A stretch of 64,000 bases of DNA. Source: the human T2T-CHM13v2.0 reference genome, Homo sapiens. The stretch lies in assembly GCF_009914755.1 (NCBI RefSeq), contig NC_060947.1. One strand, written 5' to 3'. Every line of letters starts with the position of its first letter. The stretch's first letter is position 1. Below are positions 37,752-52,000 of this stretch, piece by piece. The position numbers and the translations under genes are program-made. The notes under the pieces are model-generated. The model ran no database searches. It saw nothing but the letters and a program-made list of their open reading frames with translations, and was not told the DNA's origin.

Positions 37752-37958
37752 ATTTGAGCTGTCCAACACAGTATCTACTTGCCACATGTGGTTATTTATA
37801 TTAATATTAAAATTAATTAAAATTAAAATTCAGTTCCTCAGTGTGCTAGCCACATTTCTAGTGGTCAATATCCACATGTGGCTTGTGCCTACTACATTTC
37901 ACACTACTGATATGTAGACCTTTCCCATTGTCACAAAGTTCTATTGGACAGGACTACT
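37752..37958. mobile_element. MER3-type hAT MITE
   Basis: CTGTCCAA...TTGGACAG inverted ends and internal GCCACATGTGG motifs, about 205 bp. Confidence 0.75.
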
Positions 37959-38055
37959 AGATAGAGGGAAGTTGTCGTTTGAGTTGGAGCTTGAAAAATG
38001 AATGACAGTTTACCTGTCAAAGAAACACATGCACATAGGTCAGCATAAGGCTGTG

Positions 38056-38059
38056 GTGT

Positions 38060-38093
<34 letters not shown>
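38056..38093 (+). repeat. (TG)n microsatellite
   Basis: Directly visible. Confidence 0.95.
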
Positions 38094-38096
<3 letters not shown>

Positions 38097-38289
38097 GAGG
38101 AGGGTGTTCCATTGAACAGCTTTAGTCTAAATAGTCTTAGTACCCCCCCAAACCTTGTTTTTTTACTTTAGCAAAACTTTCATTTATAAATATCACATAT
38201 CTTTTATAAACCGGTATTACAAAGTTAAAACCTAACCCAGATGTATTCTATTTATCATGCTTTAGAGAAAATGGTGTATTAAGTAGTAG

Positions 38290-38605
<316 letters not shown>

Positions 38606-39023
38606 TAGTAGTAGGCTTTAATAGCACCACATAAACTGATGATACGATTCACATTTTTCATTCCTTTGTAATTTTTAAACTTATACTGAAGCTGAGTCAC
38701 AGTCCATCAGAGTTTCACAGAATATTAATGATCACTAGTTTAAAACCCCTATTCTCCAAGAGAAGAGACTAAGGCTCAAAATGAAGGTCTTGCCAACAAA
38801 ATGTAGACTTTAAGTGACAAAGTCCGTTGTAATTTTACTAGTAAGACAAGAAATGGTAATACTTGAGGTTTCTCCCAATTTGCTATCAATTACTAATATC
38901 CTTATTCTTATGTTTTCCCCATATAAAACCAGACACATTTTATTATTAGATGCATGTAAAGATATTACCTCTAGCATGCTGATGATGAAGTCTATAGGCT
39001 TTTTATCAAATACATTATTTTTA

Positions 39024-39101
39024 TTAGGTTGGTGCAAAACTAATTGGGGTTTGGCATTACTTTCCATGGCAAAAACCGCAGTGATTTTTGCACCAACCTA
39101 A
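39024..39101. mobile_element. MADE1 mariner MITE
   Basis: TTAGGTTGGTGCAAAA...TTTTGCACCAACCTAA inverted repeats, 78 bp, TA on both sides. Confidence 0.93.
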
Positions 39102-39980
39102 TATTACTCTCTGGATATCCAAATAGGCAGAACATTTTGAAGAGACCTAATGAAATTTAATAGCAATTTGCAAATTTACCCATGTTTTGGGAAAATTTAG
39201 AATTATTAAGTTAGAAAAAGTAGAAATATATCTATAACCTATTTCTAAATGTAGAAAAGGTATTGATTTTTCAAGACTCAGGTAAAAATTCAACCTTCCA
39301 AATCATTAACACATTTAATATATTTTTAAGGTTTATCATTCATTAGGCACAATGCTAGATTCTAGCTACACATACCTAGAGTAAAATTTGATTATAGTCT
39401 TATGGATAAATAGATATGCAAAGAGATCATCAATAAAATTGTCAGTAAGAAACATACATTTATTAATTAAATACTATGTATAAGGTACACCATGTGGTAA
39501 TTGCAATATTGGAGGAATGGACAAGTTTCCGTGGAAACCCAGAGAAAAGATCACCTAATTAATATTTCTCTATGTTTCTATAAATGCCATTTATTGCTTT
39601 GTTATGTCACTTACATTTTTATATTCTTCACTCTTCAGTAATTTGTGTATGAATTTATCTTCTTTAATAACGTATATGAAACTGATGGACAAGATATTAT
39701 ATTAGACCACAGAGCTTAGTATTCTGTTATGTACATGGTAGGTACTTCGGAAATGCTGCCTGAATATTTTTTAGTAGTAAGAATAAGCTATGCAAGGTGC
39801 AATGCACGTTTGATTATAAATGGACTTTCATTGGCTTATATTGATTTTTGAAAATAAATAAAACATTCTGAAAATATTGCAAAACAACATTATTTTTTTT
39901 CTTATTAGCAAAAAAAGAAACATTTTTAACAGTCCATAAGAATATTTGATTAAAGCTGCTTTTGGTTTTGAAGACCTTAC

Positions 39981-40003
39981 TTCTCTCAGAAAGAATGATG
40001 ATC
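39981..40003 (-). CDS. Putative 23-nt micro-exon
   Basis: TTTACAG|GATCATCATTCTTTCTGAGAGAA|GTAAGG. Good donor, weak pyrimidine tract, phase-compatible with neighbours. Confidence 0.28.
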
Positions 40004-40085
40004 CTGTAAATAGATTTTATGCTTCTTGAAGTAAGACTGCTACCCAACCATATGTTTATCTTTCTTTCTTGTCAGTAGGGATACA

Positions 40086-40099
40086 GTTGCCATGGTAAC
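40086..40099. promoter_or_regulatory. RFX X-box motif
   Basis: GTTGCCATGGTAAC matches the GTTNCCATGGNAAC consensus. A second half-site GTTGCCATAG is at 40250-40259. Lies in non-repeat DNA. Confidence 0.6.
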
Positions 40100-41289
40100 T
40101 GAGTTATGTAGAATGTAACAGAGCAATATTTGTTGACAGTTTCTAGTCAGATTACTGGCCAACCAGGCTCTTAGAGAAAAAAAGACAGTGCGTATTACCA
40201 AAAATGTTCTCCTTAGTTTAAGTCAAACATATTCCCTATCCAAAATGTCGTTGCCATAGAAGTCCACTTATCTTTATGCAGGGGGGTATTTAAAAAATAA
40301 TTGTGCTTGTCTTATATGGGGTGATTTCTCTGATGCAATATGATGTGCAAAGCCTTATTTATGGTGAGAAGCTTCAAAAAGTTACTTTTGAATTATTTTA
40401 TCTAAGTAAGCACATTGTGTAGGAGTAATGTTATGGGTAAGAAGGGCTAAAAGGGCAGTTACCATAATGATGATTCCTTTCTCTCAGAAATATTTTTAAA
40501 ATGATTACAACATAGGAGATGTTTGGAAACTTACTTCATTTGTTGTGACCTAAATTATTTCTAACCAAAATTAAACACATTGTCCCATGGATGAAGAGAA
40601 AGACAAAAAAACAAAACAAAACATCTAAGTTGACTGCAGCTGCTCTGGAAATTTTCTTTTGGCAGACTGCAGTATGTCAGAAGATCATCTGAGTTATGTT
40701 TAGTGATACATGTATGTGTATTTCAAAAACTTACTAGCCATATAAAACTTATTTGCTCTCAAAGGCAAAGAAAAACATAAGCTGAAGGGACAGCTCCCAA
40801 TGTAAGCTACATTATTACATAAATGGCTTTCTAGTCTAGGCTATGGAAAAGGTAGATGGTCTCAGATAAGGAAGGTGAAATGTGGGGTGAAGATCGCAAA
40901 AGTTCTAAAGAGAAAATCAGGCAAGACCAACTGATCAAATAAAACAGTGAGGCTAGTGGCTCCTGATTCTTTCTCCAGCTAATTGGACTCCACATACACA
41001 CCAAGAAGACCCAGTAAGAACACCACCAGCTGGCAACGAATCAGTCATTTGACATTTTCAGTGTTGGGTACAGGTCTGTTTACCCCTCCGTAAATAGAAA
41101 TGCGTTAACCTCCCCAATCTCTTCTCTACATCTCATCAACTCCCTCTAGCTCTATCTGTCTAAGGGGATCTGCTTGAAAGATTTCAGGAAGAGCCTCTAG
41201 AGCAAAATTCCTTAAAGTTAGGGCATTCAGAAAGTCCTTGAAATTGAATTAAAAAACACATTTTTATTTTAATTAACCTTTCATAGAAA

Positions 41290-41656
41290 TTAAGCACTTC
41301 TTCCAATTAATGAATGCTGCTAACAGTCCACAGTGTTATTATCAGAACCTTAACTTGGTCACCAATAGAAATCATAGATATTATTTTACATAACATTACA
41401 GCTTTTGCCAATATCACTAAAAGCATTACTTTGAAATCCTGGATATTTTTACTTAATGTATTAATAATTCACTGCATATATTATCATGATACAATTTATG
41501 TTATACAATATTTTTATATCTTCATTTCAGTATAATTGGTTTGTCATCCTTGTATTTTATTTTATGCATTTAAAAATATTATTGTGAAGGGGTCTGTAGA
41601 TTTCACCAAAGTGTCAAGGAGATGAGTACCATGACAAGTTTAATAACCTCTGCTAT
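41290..41656. mobile_element. Probable hAT/Charlie-type DNA transposon remnant
   Basis: Terminal motif GAAGGGGTCTGTAGATTTCACCA...TAATAACCTCTG resembles hAT ends. Family uncertain. Confidence 0.4.
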
Positions 41657-42012
41657 AGAGGGAAAGGAAGAAGTCAGTAATTGTTTTCATGCAGCTTAAG
41701 TATTCACTGTTTAGAGTAGGCAATTATTTTACTCTGCAAATAAAGTAAAATTTGCTTTACGCTTCAAAAATTTGTCTGACGGAAAAGAAACACTTAAAGC
41801 ATCTCTTTTAAAATACAGAATCTTGGGCTCATCCCTAGACTTACTGAATCAGAGGGAGTAACTTGGCAATTTTTACTTTAAGTAGCACAAATCTGTGCTT
41901 TTATCTTAGGAAAAATTGAGGAAAGACTGAATTAGAGGAACTATGAATGACTGAAAAGAGGAATTCAGTGGGAGGTCAAACAACTAGGTGACTGGACTTT
42001 TAAAACTAGAGT

Positions 42013-42152
42013 ACCTCATGTTGTCACTCATAGGTGGAAGTTGAACAGTGAGAACACATGGACACAGGGTAGGGAACATCACACACTGGAGACTGTCGGC
42101 AGGTGGGGAGCTGGGGGAAGGATAGCATTAGGAGAAATACCTAATGTAAATG
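42013..42152 (+). mobile_element. L1PA6/7-like 3'UTR fragment with no poly(A)
   Basis: CACTCATAGGTGGAAGTTGAAC...GGAGAAATACCTAATGTAAATG, ends abruptly. Confidence 0.85.
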
Positions 42153-42309
42153 TCATTAATCTCCAGTGAAATCTCCAGTGAAATAGATAACATAAATAAA
42201 AAATAATCACAGCATCAGGAAACAAAGGACACACTTAGAGAAATGCAAAATGTTCTGGAAAGTCTCAACAGTAGAATCGAAGAAGAAAAAGGAAGAACTT
42301 TAGAGCTCA

Positions 42310-42990
<681 letters not shown>

Positions 42991-44944
42991 TTATGATAGA
43001 TGACCAAACGTAAGAATAATAGGCATTCCTGAGGAAGAGGAGAAAACTAAAAGTTTGGAAAACATATTTGGGGGAATAATTGAGAAAAACTTCCCCAGCC
43101 TTTCTAGAGACCTAGACATCCAAATATAAGAATCTCAACGAACACCTGGGAAACTCATCATAAAAAGACCATCACCTAGGCACTTCGTTATCAGGTTATC
43201 TAAAGTCAAGACAAAGGAAGAATCTTAAGAGTTGTGAGACAAAAGCACCAGGTAACCTATACAGAAAAACCTGTCAGATTAACAGCAGATTTCTCAGATG
43301 AAACCCTACAAACTAGAAGGGATTGGAGCCCTATCTTCAGCCTCCTCAAACAAAACAATTATCAGCCAATAATTTTGTATTCAGCAAAAGTAAGCTTCAT
43401 AAGTGAAGGAAAGACAGTCTTTTTCCAACAAACAAGTGCTGAGAGAATCCACCACTACCAAGCCAGCACTACAAGAATTGCTAAAAAAGAGCTCTAAGTC
43501 TTAAAACAAATCCTGAAAACACATCAAAACAGAATCTCTATAAAGCATAAATGTCACAGGGCCTATAAAACAAAGATACAGTAAAAAACAAACAACCAAA
43601 GCCCTAAGGTATACAGGCAACAAATAGCATGATGAATAGAATAGTACCTCACATCTCAATATTAACGTTCAATGTAAATGGCCTAAATGCTTCACTTAAA
43701 AGACAGAATTGCAGAATGGAAAAAAAAATTCACTAACCAACTATCTGCTGCCTTCAAGAGACTCACCTAACACATAAGGACTCACATAAACTTAAGGTAA
43801 AGGGGTGGAAAAAGACATTCCATGCAAATGGACACCAAAAGTGAGCAGTAGTAGCTATTTTTATGTCAGACATAACAAACCTTAAAGCAATAGCAGTAAA
43901 AAAGACAAAGAGGGACATTATATAATGATAAAAGGCCTTGTCCAACAGGAAAATATCACAATCCTAAATATATATCCACCTAATACTGGAGCTACCAAAT
44001 TTATAAAACAATTACTACTCGACCTAAGAAATGAGATAGACAGCAACACAAAAATATTGGGAGAGTTCAATACTCCACTGACAGCACTAGGCAGGTCATC
44101 AGGACAGAAAATAAACAAAGAAACAATAGATTTAAGTTATACCCTGGAACAAATGGACTTAACAGCTATTTACAGATCATTCTACCCAACAACCATAGAA
44201 TATACATTCTATTCATCAGCACATGGAATTTTCTCCAAGATAGACCATATAATAGGCCACAAAACAAGTCTTAATAAATTTCACAAAATTGAGATTATAT
44301 CTAGTACTCTTTCAGACCACAGTGGAATAAAACTAGTAATCAACTCCAAAAGGAATGTTCAAAACCATACAAATACGTGGAAATTAAGTAACCTGCTCCT
44401 GAGAGATTATTGGGTCAACAATAAAGTCAAGACGGAAATTAAAAAATTCTTTGAACTGAATGATAATAGTGACACAATCTATCAAAACCTTTGGGATATA
44501 GCAAAGGAAGTGCTAAGAGAAAAGTTCATAGCCATAAATGCCAAATCAAAAAGCCTGAAAGAGTGCAAATAAAAAATCTGAGGTCACACCTCAAGAAAAT
44601 AGAGAAATGAGAACAAACCAAATCCAAACCCAGCAGAAGAAAGGAAATAACAAAGATCAGAGCAGAAATCAAATGAAATTAAAAGAAGAAAAACAATACA
44701 AAAGATAAATGAAATAAAGCCTGTTTCTTTGAAAAGATAAATGAAATTGATAGGCCATTAGCAAGATTAACCAAGAAAAGAAGAGAGAAAATCCAAATAG
44801 GCTCAGTGAGAAATGAAATGGGAGCTATTACAGGTGACACCACAAAGACAAAAGATCATTCAAGGATACTATGGACACCTTTGCATCATAAACTAGAAAA
44901 TCTACAGGAGATGAATAAATTCCTGAAAATATAAGTCCCTCCTA

Positions 44945-45260
44945 GGGGACATGGATGAAGCTGGAAACCATCATTCTCAGCAAACTAACACAGGAACAGA
45001 CAACCAAACACCGCATATTCTCACTCATAAGTGGGAGTTGAACAATGAGAACACATGGAAAAATGGGAGGGGAACTTCACATACTTGGGTCTGTTGAGGG
45101 GTGCAGGACTAGGGGAATGATAGCATTAGGAGAAATACCTAATGTAGATGATGGGTTGATGGGTGCAGCAAACCACTATGGCCTGTGTATACCTATGTAA
45201 CAAACGTGCACATTCTGCACATGTATCCCACAACTTAAAGTATAATAATAATAATAATAA
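44945..45260 (+). mobile_element. L1PA7-like 3' fragment nested in L1PB ORF2
   Basis: CCTAATGTAGATGATGGGTTGATGGGTGCAGCAAACC 3'UTR and (TAA)n tail. Confidence 0.88.
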
Positions 45261-45953
45261 ATTACCAACAACAAAAAAAGTCCATGACCAGGGGGATTCA
45301 CAGCTGAATTCTACCAGACATTCAAATAATAATTGGTACCAATTCTATTGACACTACTCTACAGGATAGATAAAAAAGGAATCCTCCCTAAATCATTCTA
45401 TAAAGCCAGTATCACCCTAATACCAAAACCAGGAAAGGACATAACAAAAAAAGAAAACTACAGACCAATATCCCTGATGAACATAGATGTTGAAATCCTT
45501 AACAAAATACTAGCTAACCAAATCCAACAACATATCAAAAAGATAATCCACCATGATCAAGTGGGTTTCACACCAGGGATGCAGGGATGGTTTAACATAC
45601 ACAAGTCAATAAATGTGATACACGACATAAACAGAATTAAAAACAAAAATGACATGATCATCTCAATAGATGCAGAAAAAGCATTTGACAAAATCCAGCA
45701 TCCATTTATGATTAAAGCCCTCAGCAAAACTGGCATACAAGGGACATACCTTAATGAAATAAAATCCACCTATGACAAACTCACAGCCAGCATAATACTG
45801 AATGGGAAAAAGTTGACAGCATTCCCTCTGAGAACTGGAAAAAGACAAGGATGCCCACATTCACAACTTCCATTCAACACAGTACTGGAAATCCTAGCCA
45901 GAGTAATCAGACAAGAGAAAGAAATAAAGGGCATCCAAATCGGTAGAGAATCA

Positions 45954-46385
<432 letters not shown>

Positions 46386-48225
46386 TTAGGATACAAAATT
46401 GATGTACACAAATTAGTAGCTCTGCCATATACCGACAGCAATCAAGCTGAGAATCAAATCAAGAACTCAACCCTACTTAGGAATATACTTAACCAAGGAG
46501 GTGAAGGACCTTTATAAGGAAAACTACAAAACACTGTTCAAAGAAATCATAGATGACACAAACAAATGCAAACACATTCCATGCTCTTGGATGGGTAGAG
46601 TCAATATTGTGAAAATGACCATACTGCCAAAAGCAATCTACAAATTCAATGTAATTCCCATCAAAATATCAGCGTCATTTTTCACAGAACTAGAAAAAAA
46701 ATCCTAAAATTCATATGGAACAAAAAGAGAGCGCTCACAGCCAAACCAAGGCTAAGCAAAGAGAACATATCCTGAGGCATCACATTACCTGATTTCTAAC
46801 TATACTATAAGGTCATAATCACCAACACAGCATGGTACGGGTATAAAAATAGGCACACAGACCAATGGAGCAGAAAAGAGAACCCAGAAATAAACCCAAA
46901 TACTTACAGCCAACTGATCTTTGATAAAGCAAACAAAAACATAAAGTGGGGGAAGGACAACCTATTCAACAAATGGTGCTGGGATAATTGGCAAGCCACA
47001 TATAGGAGAATTAAACTGGGTCCTCATCTCTCACCTTATACAAAAATCAACTCAAGATGGATCAGACTTATATCGAAGACCTGAAACTATAAAAATTCTA
47101 GAAGATAACATTGGAAAAACCTTTTTAGACATTGGCTTATGCAAGGACTTCATGAACAAGAACCCCAAAGGAAATGCAATAAAAACAAAGGTAAATACGT
47201 GAGAATTAACTGAATTAAAGGGCTTTCACATGGCAATAGGAACAGTCAGCGGATTTAACAGGCAACACACAGAGTGGGAGAACATCGTCACAATCTATAC
47301 ATCCAACAAAGGACTGATATCCAGAATCTACAATGAATTCAAACAAATTAGTAAGAAAAAAATTCCATCAAAAAGTGGGCTAAGGACATCAATAAACAAT
47401 TCTCAAAAGAAGATATACAAATGGCCAGCAAACATGAAAAAATGCTCAACATCAGTAATGATCAGGGAAATGCAAATCAAAACACAATGGGATACCACCT
47501 TACTCTGGTAATGATGGTCATAATTCAAAAATAAAAAAAATAGATGTTGGCATTGATGCAGTGAAAAAGGAACACTTCTATGGTGCTGGTGGGAAAGTAA
47601 AGTAGTGCAACGACTATGGAAAACAGTGTGGAGACTTTTTAAAGAACTAAAAATAGAACTACCATTTGATTCAGCAATCTTGCTATTGAGTGTCTACCCA
47701 GAGGAAAAGAAGTCATTATATAAAAAAGGTACTTGCACACGCATGATTATAGCAGCATAATTTTCAATTGCAAAAATGTGAAACCAACTCAAATGCTCAT
47801 CAATCAAAGAGTGGATACAGAAACTGTGGTATATATATGATGGAATACTACTCAGCCATAAAAATAAATGAATTAATGGCATTCACAGTAACCTGGATGG
47901 GATTGGAGACTATTATTCTAAGTGAAGTTACTCTGGAATAAAAAAACAAGCATCGTATATTCTCACTCATAAGTGGGAGCTAAACTATGAGGATGCAAAG
48001 TCATAAGAATGACACAATGGACTTTGGGGACTCAGGGGGAAACAGTGGGAGGGGGTTGAGGGATAAAAGACTACAAATCGGGTTCAGTGTATACTGCTCA
48101 GGTGATGGGTGCACCAATATTTCACAAATCACCACTAAAGAACTTACTCATGTAACCAAATACCACCTGTTCCCTGAAAACCTATGGAAATAAAAAAAAA
48201 TAAAAAATAAGTAAATAAAAATAAA

Positions 48226-48890
48226 GTGAATGTCCTGGAGAGAGCATATAGTTGGATCCTGTTTTTTAAATTCATTCAGCCTGTCTGTATCTTTCGATTG
48301 AAGAGATTCATCCATTTACATTTAAAGTAATTACTGATAGGGAAGGACTTACTGTTGCCATTTAGTTCATTGTTTTCCATATGTCTGGTAGCTGTTTTGT
48401 GCATTTCCCCTCTTACTGACTTCCTTTGTGTTCTGTTGACTTTTTGTATTGATGTGCTTTTAATGCCTTATTATCTCCTTTCATGTATATTTTGTAGTTA
48501 TTACTGTGATTACATAAAACATCGTGGTTACAGAATTCCATTTTAAACTGATAACAATTTAAACTGATAACATATAAAATTCAACTACTTTACTGCTCCA
48601 TCTTCCACACTTTATGTTATCAATGTCACAAAGTATATCTTTCTATGTTGTATATACATTAACATTGACTTTTAATGTTTTTATCATTAAAATTATATGG
48701 ACCAAAATCACAACAGTACAGGATATATTAGCCCATGTATTTACCATTACTAGAGAGCTTTATATTTTTGGATGGCTTTGTGTTACTGCCTACTGCCTTT
48801 TTTGTTTCAAATTGAAGGACTCCCACTAGCATTTCTTATAGAGTAGGTCTAGTGGTAATAGGCTTCTTTGGCTTTTGTTTATCCAGGAAA
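48226..48890 (-). mobile_element. Old L1M fragment (ORF1 end and inter-ORF region)
   Basis: Antisense motifs GCATATAGTTGGATC, CCATTTACATTTAAAGTAATTACTGATA, TAGCATTTCTTATAG. Confidence 0.7.
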
Positions 48891-49065
48891 GTGGAGGAGT
48901 AAGGCCTGGAACAGGATTTTCCCTTACAGCCCTCAGAAAGAACCAACCCTCCTGACAACCTGATTTCAAAATTATAGACTCCAGAACTGTGAGAACATAA
49001 ATTTATCTTGTTTTATCTGCTCAGTTTGTGGTGGTTTGTTATTGTGGTCCTATCAAACTAATACA
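48891..49065 (+). mobile_element. MLT1 (MaLR) LTR 3' fragment
   Basis: CAGCCCTCAGAAAGAACCAACCCT...CTCCAGAACTGTGAGA...AAACTAATACA. Confidence 0.85.
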
Positions 49066-52000
49066 TCCAGTAACTTAATTACTGTGATGTAAAGTTAACC
49101 ATTATTAAAACATCTTATGTTATAGGATAAGGGGATAATAAAGAAGAAAACAAAAATTTTATATACACTCAAAACAAAATTCAGCATACATATTGAAAAT
49201 TATTACAGTACTCATAACTAAAAACTGATTGCATGGTTGTAGCTTCTATTTATACTTACCTTTTCCCACTTTCCATTGCTTGCATTCTTTGTTCTCAGCA
49301 AGAATGTCAGTTGGCCATGGTTCTTTGTCTGGTGGGTAACACAAACCTTCATTCTTGTAGGGTCTTGGCTACTGGTAGTCCTGCCTGGATTTGGTTGTCA
49401 TAGTTTTCCATTGACTTTAACCACAGGGCATGGTAGCACTAACAGATATCCAAAAATATCTCCTGCCTCCCAGACATAGTCTTCCCTTACCTCTATTGTA
49501 TAGCAACAGTCCGATTTATTCTTGGCAGTCAGGATCAATTGTTCCAATTAGCACAGTAACTAAAAATAAGCAAAATTTACTTAGAGGCATGAGAAGCCCA
49601 AAGTAGATGGGTAGCAGTCTTAACTTCTATTTCAATGAAATCATTCTTGGGTCTTCTGGTAGAAGCAGTCTTCCCTCTGGAACTATAATCTCTTGGCCAA
49701 TACAGCATAAATTCATCTGAACAAGAAGAAACAATTTTGTTCATGGGTCAACAGAGGCAGTAGTGAGTGGTGTCACTCCCATTTCTACCCTTGATTTTTT
49801 GACACACATATTGCGTGTATAGTAGAACCAGCATTATATGTTGGACACTGATTCAGAGCATATACATCTTCCTGGAGAACCTTGCCCCAGCCCTGCAAGT
49901 TACTGCTACTTAGCTGCCACCATCACTGACTCATCAAAAGATTATTACACTGAGTTATCAGGCCAGCTGCTGCAGCATGGTGAGAAACACAGTAAAATTA
50001 TTGAATTCCATGAACATAAGCATATTGCCTATAATTGCTGTGAAGTGAATTATTTAATCATAAATAATGGTGTATTATATACCATGGTAGTGTGTAAGGT
50101 ATTCTGTAAGTCTGCAGATGATAGTTTTTTCAGAATCATTGTGTTCAGGGAAGGCAAATATTTTTCTAAAGTAAATGTCCATTCCAGTCACATAACAGAG
50201 TGCTGCTTCTTTCATAATAGAAATGGTTAAATGTAATTAATCAGTTACCAAATAGCTGTCTGTTCATCTGGTGAATAGTCCATATCAGAGACTCAGTGTT
50301 GGTTTCTGCTGCTAGCAAATTAGACACTCAGCAGTGGTGGTAACAAAATCAACCTTGATGCGTGGAAGTTTCTGTTGCTGAGCAATGCATAATCTCCCTC
50401 TCTGCCATCATGGCCATTGTTATGAGCCCACTGGTTAATACAGGAGTGTCTTGGAAAAAAAGTCTGATTGCTATCATCAGAATTGGTCATTCTATCCATT
50501 TAATTTTTTTCTCCATCCATCTGGGAATTTTCTCCTCTTCCTAAAATTTAAAACCAGCTTGAGCTTCTGCCTACTGAGAGAATTTTCCTTCACCGTTGTC
50601 ATTCAGAGACGTCTCAGAAAGGGGCTGCTGTGCTGCAGCTGTCCACCTTCAGGTGGTACTGCATATCATATAGAACAATCTGTAAACCAGACCTGAGTTT
50701 TCTCTTATTCAGTGAAACAATCACAAGGAACTCCACATGAGGCTGTAAGAGTGGGATGAGTGAGTAAAGGTAATATAACAAGCGTCGAAACTATAAGCAT
50801 TGGGGCTACTTTGTTACATAACTTCCTTGTGCCTTTGGGTTTACTCAATCATGATATTGTTTGTCACTTCCATTTAATAATGCAATGCTGTTGTGCAAGC
50901 TCAACTTTATAGATTCATGGCTTAGACAATATCCAGTTTATGATGAGAAACTCAGGTCATATGTTAACTTGGTGGTTCATAATCAAGCATTCATAATTTA
51001 CTAAGGCCCAGTACCAAGCAAAAAGCCACTTATCAAAATGACAAAACCTTCAAAAAGCATCTCTATCTGCCATAGACACTTGAAGCACCATTGGATCTGT
51101 TGGCTCATGTGGCCCAAGTGACAGAACAGCTTGCACAGCAACCTGGGCCTTCTAGAAAGCCTTCTCTTGTGCTGGACACCACTTAAAACTAGTAGCTTTT
51201 TATTTCAGTTGAAAAATGTACTGGAGTGGTATACCTCAATGAGATATGACTGCCTCCAATGGCTAAAGAGGCCCATTAGATGTGTATTTTTCTTTTTCGG
51301 TTGCACAAGGATTCAGATGCACTCATGTATTCTTCATCTCAGGAAGTATATCGTGACATGCTCCACACCACTGGACCTCTAGAAATTTCACTGACATCGA
51401 AGGCCGCCAAATTTCTGTGAAATTTATTTTGTTACCTTCTAACACAAGGAAATTTTTTACCAATAATCCTAGAGTAATTGCTACTTTCTACATACTATAT
51501 CCAATCAGCAAAATACTATCAATGTAATGGACCAGCATAATGTCTTATGGAAGAGAAAAGCAATCAAATTTTCCTTACATCTATGATGGCATAGGGCTGG
51601 AGCATTGATATACCCATGGAGTATAACAGTAAAGGGGTATTGCCGGTCTTGTCGGCGGAAAGTCAACTGCTTCTGGTGGTCTTTATTAACAGACGTAAAT
51701 AAAAAAGCACTTGCTAGATCAATACCCACATACTAGGTGCCAGGGGATGTGTTAATTTGCTAAAGAAATTAAGTCACATCAGATACAGTGGCTGTAATTG
51801 GAGTTATGACCTGGTTAAGCTTACAATAATCCACTGTCATTCTCTAAGATCTATGTGTTTTCTGCACAGAACAAATAGGTGAGTTTAATGAGATGTGGGG
51901 GGGAGTATCTTTCAAGTCCATGGTTGTGACACTAACCTCTGGAGTTCCTCCAGAAATGTGGTACTGCTTTTGTTTACAATTTTTCGAGGTAGAGGCAGTT

